From the NCBI GenBank assembly GCA_964388905.1, contig CAYMDG010000004.1:1-45000 (forward strand): a stretch of 45,000 nt of DNA, given 5' to 3'. Of the stretch, positions 37,332 through 44,783 are shown piece after piece. The DNA is from an uncultured Bacteriovoracaceae bacterium. Lineage in GTDB: Bacteria > Desulfobacterota > Desulfomonilia > UBA1062. Position numbers and translations under genes: made by a program. Under the pieces are notes generated by a model that was given only the letters and a program-made list of their open reading frames with translations, was not told where the DNA came from and ran no database searches. How positions within the stretch are numbered: position 1 is the first letter of the stretch; each line of letters opens with the position of its first letter.

Positions 37332-38588
37332 ATGGCTGAAAACCCAAATATTGGTAATACTAAACTTAAGGGAATAATATGGACAGGTTTATTGCTTTTA
37401 TTAATCTTTGCTTGTATGTTGCTTATATTCTCTTATCATCAAGAGAGTATAAGATGTTCCTATTACCCTCCCGGGTATGATTTTGCATTTACAATCACAG
37501 ATGATCCTGATGAAGGCTGGCTTGTAGAAAAAAGAGCTGTCTATGAGTTTCTGAATTCAATCGGCATGAAAACAAGTATCGGAATATGGGTGTTTAACAA
37601 TAAAAGAGGTTCAGGTAACCTAAAATATTATTACCAGGGAGTAAGTCTGGAAGATCTGGAATTCCTTAGATATGCATTAGACCTTAAGGCCAATGGCTTT
37701 GAACTATTTCTCCATACCATATCCGGTGGAAATGACTTAAGAGATGAGACGATCGCTGGTTTTGAGGCTTATAATAATCTCTTTGGGGAGTATCCTCATC
37801 ACTGGGTAAATCACTTCACAAATTATGAGGATATCTACTGGGGATATAAACGGTTTAATAACCCAATCATGCAGGTTCTCTATAAGACGTTTAAACCTGA
37901 CAAGTTCACCGGAGATGAACCCCAGAGCCAATACTTTTGGGGTGATTACTGTCATAAGTATATTAAGTATGTCCGAGGCTGGGCAACTTCAGATATTAAC
38001 ACCCTGAAGTTTAACCCGAGCATGCCCTATCATGACCCATACAAACCTTATGTGCAGTACTGGTATGCTTGTTCAGATGGTGCGAATCGTGAAATGTTCA
38101 ATCGCCTGATATCCAGTGAGAATGTTGATAGATTAATCCGGGAGAATGGAACGGCTATAATATATACTCATTTTGCAAGCGGATTTGTGGATAAGAAAGG
38201 GAACCTCAATGAAGAGACAAAGAAACTCCTGGCGAATGTGGCTATCCATAAAAACGGATGGTTTGTACCCGTGAATGTCATTCTAGACAGATTTATAGCT
38301 ATCAGATCAATAAAGATTTATGAAGAAGAGGACAGATATGTGATTTTGAACACGAGTGATAAATCAGCTGACGGGATTGTACTTGAAGTATACGACCACA
38401 AAGGTGTCAAATATAAGAATAAAATGTACAGGCCCAAGGGAGGTGCTCCTTCAAGGATTGTTATTGATACACTAGCAGGGAGATCATCCCTTAATCTCAT
38501 GAAGTTGTTCTCAGGCAGGCAACCAAACATGTCATTCTGTGAGAGGGCGAGGCTGTCTGGTTCCTGGTTGCTTTCAAGGTTCTATTGA
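37332..38588 (+). CDS. membrane-anchored protein of unknown function (weak NodB/CE4-like motifs)
   Basis: 418 aa with a single N-terminal TM helix (GIIWTGLLLLLIFACMLLIF). The extracytoplasmic domain carries YDFAFTITDDPDEGW, ELFLHTISGGND and AIIYTHF, faintly reminiscent of CE4 motifs. Rich in Tyr/Trp/Asn. No family confidently recognised. Confidence 0.6.
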   Translation: MAENPNIGNTKLKGIIWTGLLLLLIFACMLLIFSYHQESIRCSYYPPGYDFAFTITDDPDEGWLVEKRAVYEFLNSIGMKTSIGIWVFNNKRGSGNLKYYYQGVSLEDLEFLRYALDLKANGFELFLHTISGGNDLRDETIAGFEAYNNLFGEYPHHWVNHFTNYEDIYWGYKRFNNPIMQVLYKTFKPDKFTGDEPQSQYFWGDYCHKYIKYVRGWATSDINTLKFNPSMPYHDPYKPYVQYWYACSDGANREMFNRLISSENVDRLIRENGTAIIYTHFASGFVDKKGNLNEETKKLLANVAIHKNGWFVPVNVILDRFIAIRSIKIYEEEDRYVILNTSDKSADGIVLEVYDHKGVKYKNKMYRPKGGAPSRIVIDTLAGRSSLNLMKLFSGRQPNMSFCERARLSGSWLLSRFY

Positions 38589-38600
38589 ATCGATTAATCT

Positions 38601-39869
38601 GTGGACAATAGCCTTAATCCAGATACAATATCCATTCGATCGCTTCGCATTAGGGATTTCAATATCCCGAGCATCGCTTTCCTTGCATTCTTCGTCTATC
38701 AATATCTCTTTCCTCAATATTTCTTTCCATTTATCTATAAGCTCGAAATACCCAGTATAGCAGTAGGTATCTGTATACTGTATGCAATTCTTGATTGGAA
38801 AGGGGTACGCCTTAAAGATGCAGGCACTGTCATATGGAGTTTTATAATTCTCGGCACCATCTTCTATTTTGGCAGATTCTTCGTCGGTGACCCTTTATCA
38901 ACCAAATACTATTTCACAGAGCATCTGCATGAATTTGCCGTTGGATTGGTGCTCTTGTATTATTTTAAGGACACTAGAAAAATCCATCTCCTCATAGTTT
39001 CTTTCATTGCATTTTCAAGTTTTGCGGCTTTGATTGCAATTAGGGAGGGTGGTCTCATCTGGGAGCATAATTTCCTCCAGGATGAAAACCAGATATCAGC
39101 ATTGCTGGTCATGATGATACCCGTGACTGTTTTCTACTCCTTGTTTGTCAGGAAGGCATCACATAAGGTTTTATGTTATCTTGCAGTGGCCATCCAACTT
39201 GCCGAGGTCGTGGTCTCCGTCTCACGGGGAGGTTTTTTGGCGCTTGTAGCTGTCGGTGTCTCCATGATTATGTTCACTAAAAAGAAGCTCTTATTCCTTA
39301 TCCTGATCATCATTGTAGTTACCGGGGTTGTTCAGTTCGCACCTCCGAAGTTTTTTTCCGAAATCGCAACACTCAAGGAGGGAACCCAAGAGGCAACTGC
39401 TCATGCCCGAACCGAGTATTGGAGAAGGGCTATGGCTATGTTTTCCGAGAATCCTATTATGGGCAAGGGCATTGCCCAGTACCCTGTATTGAGCCATAAG
39501 TATGCCCTTCCAGGCAAGGTTCTGGATGAAGGCGATTACCTGGTTTGTCATTCCAACTGGTTTCAGATACTATCAGAGTTAGGTCTCGTCGGTATGTTCC
39601 TTTATCTCGCTATTTTCTACCAATTTTTCAAAACGGCAATTTTTGTGACAAAGAAATATCAGGAGATCGGTGAAGGAAAAATGGGCACCCTAGAATACCA
39701 ATTTTACCGTAACGTATCGATAGGGCTTGCAATAGGGATGATCGGCTTCATGGTAGCGGGGAGCTTCATCAATATTCTTATATTTCCTTATTATTACACC
39801 TTTGTATTTCTCATGATGTTAGTGAGAATAACATTTATGGAAAAGATTGAATCAGATGTCGCGCACTGA
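38601..39869 (+). CDS. O-antigen ligase / Wzy_C-family membrane protein (polymerase or O-glycosylation ligase-like)
   Basis: 422 aa, polytopic. VVSVSRGGFLALVAVGVSM and CHSNWFQILSELGLVGMFLYL are the characteristic Wzy_C blocks. The tracked start is GTG 38601 and there is no early ATG, so the start is uncertain. Confidence 0.75.
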   Translation: MDNSLNPDTISIRSLRIRDFNIPSIAFLAFFVYQYLFPQYFFPFIYKLEIPSIAVGICILYAILDWKGVRLKDAGTVIWSFIILGTIFYFGRFFVGDPLSTKYYFTEHLHEFAVGLVLLYYFKDTRKIHLLIVSFIAFSSFAALIAIREGGLIWEHNFLQDENQISALLVMMIPVTVFYSLFVRKASHKVLCYLAVAIQLAEVVVSVSRGGFLALVAVGVSMIMFTKKKLLFLILIIIVVTGVVQFAPPKFFSEIATLKEGTQEATAHARTEYWRRAMAMFSENPIMGKGIAQYPVLSHKYALPGKVLDEGDYLVCHSNWFQILSELGLVGMFLYLAIFYQFFKTAIFVTKKYQEIGEGKMGTLEYQFYRNVSIGLAIGMIGFMVAGSFINILIFPYYYTFVFLMMLVRITFMEKIESDVAH

Positions 39870-39939
39870 TTCTTGCTTAAATATTCAAATATGATTTTCT
39901 GTGAGATGGTGCTGGTGACCTTCAACTTATAGTGACCAT

Positions 39940-41367
39940 GTGATGAGTTTTAACAGTATTCCATTCTGCATTTTTTTTATTATAGTAATTCTTTCCTCGT
40001 TTCTTCTTCCACGACGTTATCGTTGGATACTCTTCTTATCAGCTAGTTGCTTCTTCTACTCTCTTCTGGATCCAATATATCTTTTTCTTCTCATCGCTTC
40101 CACCTTCATTGATTATGCCATCGCCATTTTTCTCGAGTCCAAGAGAGAAGACGCATCAAAGAGATGGGCGCTTTCTATCAGTCTCATTCTGAATCTCGCT
40201 CTCCTTTTCGGGTTCAAATATATCAATTTGTTCGGTGGGCTTTTGATATCAATCTTGTCCATCTTCGGGATCAAAATGGACATGCCGAGTCTTCACATAA
40301 TTATCCCTGTCGGGATTTCGTTCTTCACCTTCAAAAAGATGAGTTATGTGATCGATGTCTTTCGTGGAACTATCAAGCCGGAAAGGCACTTCGGGTTTTT
40401 CGCGCTCTATGTGGGTCATTTTCTGGAGATCCTCTCCGGACCTATTGACAGAGCCGGGAATCTTATCCCGCAGTTGAGGAAGCCACGAGCATTAAATAGT
40501 GACGATGTTTCAGCAGGGTTCCTCCTTATCCTGTGGGGGCTCTTCATGAAGGTGGTTGTGGCTGACCGGCTCGCCATCTACACAGATGCAATCTTCAATA
40601 ATGTGCCGCATCATTATGGATCTTCACTCCTGATTGCCGCCTATTTCTACACTTTCCAGATCTATTGCGATTTTGCTGGATACACCAACATTGCAATCGG
40701 CTGTGGGAGGCTCATGGGTATTGATCTCATGCCAAACTTCAAAATGCCCTACTTGTCAAAGAGTATTGCTGAATTCTGGAGGAGATGGCACATGTCACTT
40801 TCCTTCTGGTTCAGGGATTATCTCTATATCCCACTTGGCGGTAGCAGGGTATCGAAGTTGAGGAGATGCATAAATTATATGGTAATATTTATCTTGTGCG
40901 GGTTATGGCATGGGGCGAATTGGACCTTTGTGATATGGGGAGGCTTGCACGGATTTTTTATCTCGGTCGGATACCTCACCAAGGCGATGAGGAGCAAAAT
41001 GCTTCAGCTCTATCCAGTAAGGGGAGGCATTCTTAGCTTTATACGAATTTTTATCACATTCCACATGGTCGCCTTTGCATGGATTTTTTTCAGGGTGAAT
41101 AGTTTTGATGATGCGAAATCCTTTTTCAATCATATTTTTACTGGTTGGCCCATGCCATTTCTTGATCTCAATTCTATGATATACGGCATTGCTGGTATTA
41201 TGACTGTCGTCTGTGTAGAGATACTTCAGCATCGACAGCGACTGTCACTGGATTCTTTTGTAAAGATGCCTGTTGTTCTGCGGTGGTCATGTTACTATGT
41301 TCTTATATTTGCTGTTATCCTTCTCGGAGTAGATGGTGATAGTGCCTTCATCTATTTCCAATTCTGA
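39940..41367 (+). CDS. MBOAT-family membrane-bound O-acyltransferase (AlgI/DltB/PatA-like)
   Basis: 475 aa, polytopic. FWRRWHMSLSFWFRDYLYIPLGGSR and CGLWHGANWTFVIWGGLHG (conserved His) are MBOAT hallmarks. Start is GTG 39940 or the adjacent ATG 39943. Confidence 0.9.
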   Translation: MMSFNSIPFCIFFIIVILSSFLLPRRYRWILFLSASCFFYSLLDPIYLFLLIASTFIDYAIAIFLESKREDASKRWALSISLILNLALLFGFKYINLFGGLLISILSIFGIKMDMPSLHIIIPVGISFFTFKKMSYVIDVFRGTIKPERHFGFFALYVGHFLEILSGPIDRAGNLIPQLRKPRALNSDDVSAGFLLILWGLFMKVVVADRLAIYTDAIFNNVPHHYGSSLLIAAYFYTFQIYCDFAGYTNIAIGCGRLMGIDLMPNFKMPYLSKSIAEFWRRWHMSLSFWFRDYLYIPLGGSRVSKLRRCINYMVIFILCGLWHGANWTFVIWGGLHGFFISVGYLTKAMRSKMLQLYPVRGGILSFIRIFITFHMVAFAWIFFRVNSFDDAKSFFNHIFTGWPMPFLDLNSMIYGIAGIMTVVCVEILQHRQRLSLDSFVKMPVVLRWSCYYVLIFAVILLGVDGDSAFIYFQF

Positions 41368-42440
41368 TGAATTTGAAAATCCGGCAATTCATGTCAAATG
41401 AAAATACGATAAAGCCTGTGCTGAAAGCATTATCAGGTTTGTTCCTTTTCTGCATAGTCTTCTTTATTCTTGACCGAGTGGCGGGTAAAATTCTTGATGA
41501 TCAGTATAGAAGAATTTTTTCAGGACCGGGACGTTACAATTACATAAAGGCTAACCGTTATGATCTTCTTGTTATGGGGAGTTCCACATCAACTTGCTTC
41601 TATGATGACGAGCTGTCGGAAGGGTTGGGAAAAACTGTCCTGAATGTAGGCCTGGATGGGAGCGCACTTATCTACTCGCGTTGTCTCCTTGACCTGTTAC
41701 TTCAAAATCATGTCAAACCTGATTTTATCATTCTTAATATTGATTTGTTTGAGATGCAGAAATCTGCATGGTCAGGGAACTATTATTCCATGATAGAAAA
41801 GTTCAGACCATTTTATGGGCGATCGAACTATATTGATCAGGCCCTTTATAAGGGGAGGCCTTTTGAATTCATCAAGTATACAGTTCATTCCTACCGGTAT
41901 AATGATCTCATTTTGTCGATCGTACAAAAGAGGCTGCAGGATGATAAGATCTATTCTCATGACAAGTCTCCGAAGAATGTCCTTTCACTGCCTATCGATG
42001 AGAAGACTCTTAAAGATAAATTCTCAAATACCCTGGATCTTGATGATAATAAAATGGCACTCTATCGTGACTTTATTAATGTGTGCAGAAAAAACGGCAT
42101 AAAGCTTATATTCATCGAATCACCCATATACTATCCTCAGGGCAAAATGACAAAAAGGGATATTCTTCTACAAGAAATTATTAATGAACTTGCTCTGGAT
42201 TCCGACGTTCCTTTTATTCCGATAACCCAGGACACCTATCCTGTTTTCAGGGACTATAGGCTTTTTAAGGATGTACTGCATCTGAATGACAAAGGATCTA
42301 TCCTTTTCTCAAAGATCGTATGCATTGAGTTGAAGAAGAGGGGAGTAGTCAAAACATCTCGTGAAACTGGAATTAACGCCTTAAATCAAGGGGAAAATGA
42401 GATATTCGAAACAAGGGGAATTAAATTATGCATCAAATGA
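41367..42440 (+). CDS. membrane-anchored SGNH/DltD/AlgJ-like putative acyl-transfer partner of the MBOAT
   Basis: 357 aa. The ATG overlaps the MBOAT stop (TGATG). One N-terminal TM helix (LSGLFLFCIVFFILD). YDLLVMGSSTS is the candidate Ser nucleophile and FKDVLHLNDKG a D-x-x-H motif. This resembles DUF1574-type proteins found next to MBOAT genes; family not computed. Confidence 0.6.
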   Translation: MNLKIRQFMSNENTIKPVLKALSGLFLFCIVFFILDRVAGKILDDQYRRIFSGPGRYNYIKANRYDLLVMGSSTSTCFYDDELSEGLGKTVLNVGLDGSALIYSRCLLDLLLQNHVKPDFIILNIDLFEMQKSAWSGNYYSMIEKFRPFYGRSNYIDQALYKGRPFEFIKYTVHSYRYNDLILSIVQKRLQDDKIYSHDKSPKNVLSLPIDEKTLKDKFSNTLDLDDNKMALYRDFINVCRKNGIKLIFIESPIYYPQGKMTKRDILLQEIINELALDSDVPFIPITQDTYPVFRDYRLFKDVLHLNDKGSILFSKIVCIELKKRGVVKTSRETGINALNQGENEIFETRGIKLCIK

Positions 42441-43765
42441 TTGCAAAATATCTGGTTTATTACCCGGTTCAGTATTTTCGTGGGCAAAGAGTTTGGAATT
42501 ATATACATAATGTGCAGAGAGTGGAGTCTTTACCCATTGAGGATATTCTGGAGATTAGGGACGTGAAAATTAGGAATATGGTTCAGTACGCCTCACGGAA
42601 CGTCCCTTATTACAAGCAGTGTTTCGAAACACAGGGAATAGATCCGAATGAAATCAGTGGCTATGATGATCTGAGACATATCCCGGTTTTGACCAAGAGA
42701 GATATAATCGAGAATGAGAAGGATCTAATAAACAGAAATCCCAGAAGTAAAGTTTATACGAGGAAAACGAGTGGGTCTACAGGCATGACCCTGCATTTCA
42801 AGAAGGAAGGGCAAGCCCTCGCCATCAATGATGCGATCATGTATCGATGTTATGCATGGTATGAAATAAATATCGGGGACAAGCAGGCCAGGTTCTGGGG
42901 AGTTCCTGTAAGTCCTATCTTGAAGAAGAAGGAGCAGTTGAAGGATTTCATTCTTAACCGGATAAGGATCTCGGCCTTCGATATCTCGGAATCATCCTGC
43001 ATAGATCAATACAGAAGGATAGAACGTTTCAGGCCGGCATACTTCTACGGATACACAACAGCCATTTATGGATTCTGCCTTTTTGCCCAAAAGATGGGGT
43101 TCGATCTCAACAGGCTCGATCTTAAGGCAGTAATATGTACAGCAGAGAAGATGTATCCCCAGCACAGGGAGTTGTTTAATGAAGTATTCCGCTGTCCTGT
43201 GGTCGATGAATATGGATCAAGTGAGAATGGTATCATCGCGTTTCAATGCCATGAAGGTAATATGCATATGATGGCTGATCATCTGTGTATAGAGTTTTTG
43301 AATGAAAACAATGAAAGGGTGAAGCCAGGAGAACTGGGAAAGATCGTGGTAACCGATCTTGGCACATATGAGATGCCATTGATACGATATGAGATAGGTG
43401 ACATAGGCAGGTATACAGAAAAGACATGCCCATGCGGTGTCAATCTTCCTCTGATGGAGATCGTTGAGGGAAGGAAAGAAGACTTCATAAGAACTCAAGA
43501 AGGTAAGCTCGTCCATGCTGCGTACCTTTGCTACACACTTAAGGACGATGCTGTATACGAATTCAAGATGTACCAAAAGAACCTGGATCAATTCCTCGTA
43601 CAGATCGTCAAGTCACATTTATTCGACGAGGACACACAGCTAAGGCTTGAAAACAACCTTCGTTCCGCCTTGGGTGATAAGGTGAGCATCAACTTCGAGT
43701 ACCTTGAGAGACTACCAAGGGAAGCATCAGGGAAGTTGCGATATTTTGTTTCGGAGATTAGCTGA
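42428..43765 (+). CDS. PaaK/CapK/F390-synthetase-type adenylate-forming enzyme (phenylacetate-CoA-ligase family)
   Basis: 445 aa. Adenylation motifs YTRKTSGSTGMTLHF, VDEYGSSENG and YEIGDIGRY, with a C-terminal EASGKLRYF. The start (ATG 42428 or ATG 42437) overlaps the previous stop. Confidence 0.82.
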   Translation: MHQMIAKYLVYYPVQYFRGQRVWNYIHNVQRVESLPIEDILEIRDVKIRNMVQYASRNVPYYKQCFETQGIDPNEISGYDDLRHIPVLTKRDIIENEKDLINRNPRSKVYTRKTSGSTGMTLHFKKEGQALAINDAIMYRCYAWYEINIGDKQARFWGVPVSPILKKKEQLKDFILNRIRISAFDISESSCIDQYRRIERFRPAYFYGYTTAIYGFCLFAQKMGFDLNRLDLKAVICTAEKMYPQHRELFNEVFRCPVVDEYGSSENGIIAFQCHEGNMHMMADHLCIEFLNENNERVKPGELGKIVVTDLGTYEMPLIRYEIGDIGRYTEKTCPCGVNLPLMEIVEGRKEDFIRTQEGKLVHAAYLCYTLKDDAVYEFKMYQKNLDQFLVQIVKSHLFDEDTQLRLENNLRSALGDKVSINFEYLERLPREASGKLRYFVSEIS

Positions 43766-43802
43766 CGCATAATAATTCAGATTCTAATAATATATACTAA
43801 TG

Positions 43803-43830
43803 AGGGGGATGGTTAAACAACCATCCCCCT
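43803..43830. terminator. bidirectional hairpin terminator between convergent genes
   Basis: Perfect 12-bp stem AGGGGGATGGTT / AACCATCCCCCT with a 4-nt loop, followed by TTAGTGTTTT. Lies between the adenylating-enzyme gene (+) and the PEP-CTERM gene (-). Confidence 0.75.
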
Positions 43831-43855
43831 TTAGTGTTTTACTAAGCAGAGTCTC

Positions 43856-44443
43856 TTAAGAATTCTTATTGAATCTCCTCCTTAAAAGAGCGAAAGCAGG
43901 AATACAAGAGCCAAGGAGGAGGAGTGTGCTCGGTTCTGGAACAGGTGCAGGAGCCCTTTCGAACTTGAGGGACATGGGGTGAAAGGTGTAGTCGCTATAT
44001 GAATACAACTGGCTGAACCAGTCTGTTGGAGGCCTTATAGAGCTATAGACAGTAAAGCTTGAAGGCAGTTCATGGGGAGGTCTGAAGCACTCCGTAAAAT
44101 TTCCTCCTGCCAAGCTGATATATACATCCAGGGAACAGAATCTTATGAGCCCGGGCATATTATTATCAATGAAATTGTACTCTTCAATATTGATATTGTA
44201 TCCCATGATGTTGAAATAATCGTGATATGGATCATCAGGTAGTAAGTCTTCATCTGAGATGTAACAAGTGCCGTTCATAGCGAGGCTTATGATCTCATAG
44301 CTTGTACCGTATTCAGGATCGTATATCTCCTTTGAAAGTGGAATATTTCCAGACAAGTTGTATTGTACAATTGATGCTCCGGCCATTGAGCCTAGGGATG
44401 ATATCCCTAGAACCAATAATAACAACCCAATACTCTTTCTCAT
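43856..44443 (-). CDS. PEP-CTERM sorting-domain protein (exosortase cargo), otherwise uncharacterised
   Basis: 195 aa. Signal peptide MRKSIGLLLLVLGISSLGSMAGA. C-terminus APVPEPSTLLLLGSCIPAFALLRRRFNKNS carries the PEP motif, a TM helix and an Arg cluster. Confidence 0.88.
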   Translation of the reverse strand: MRKSIGLLLLVLGISSLGSMAGASIVQYNLSGNIPLSKEIYDPEYGTSYEIISLAMNGTCYISDEDLLPDDPYHDYFNIMGYNINIEEYNFIDNNMPGLIRFCSLDVYISLAGGNFTECFRPPHELPSSFTVYSSIRPPTDWFSQLYSYSDYTFHPMSLKFERAPAPVPEPSTLLLLGSCIPAFALLRRRFNKNS

Positions 44444-44783
44444 AATATCCCTTTCATAATAAAAAGTTATTGAAATACCATCCTCCTTAATTATTCGAAC
44501 GAATATCTAATTACTTGATAACTCATTTTTATTAAAAATGTTACAATATTTTTTAAATCAATAATATCAATATAATATATAATTTACTTAAAGATATCGG
44601 TAAGATATAAGCTGGTTTAGCACATAGTATGAGTACATATTTGTATCTTTCCTATGTGGCCCCTTGATCAATGACTATTATTAGGTTTTATACTCCAGGC
44701 AGTGTCAACAATGAATCTACTTGTGATCCAAGTTTATAGGCTGAGTGTAGAAGTTGGAAAATTTTTTTATTACATGAAAAATA

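Noticed and set aside
38539-38760. 73-aa ORF spanning the junction of the 418-aa protein gene and the Wzy_C gene.
   Set aside because: It overlaps both flanking genes out of frame, has a serine/isoleucine-rich low-complexity translation, and has no start context.
44479-44488. Strong SD-like AAGGAGG on the minus strand, ~40 nt upstream of the second PEP-CTERM gene.
   Set aside because: The only adjacent ATG abuts it with zero spacing and opens a 4-codon ORF (MVFQ*). It is too far from the real start at 44443 to serve as that gene's SD.
12269-44783. Possibility that the AT-rich island is a mobile element or integrative island.
   Set aside because: I found no integrase, transposase, tRNA gene or recognisable direct or inverted terminal repeats at either boundary. 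Only the compositional break is reported.
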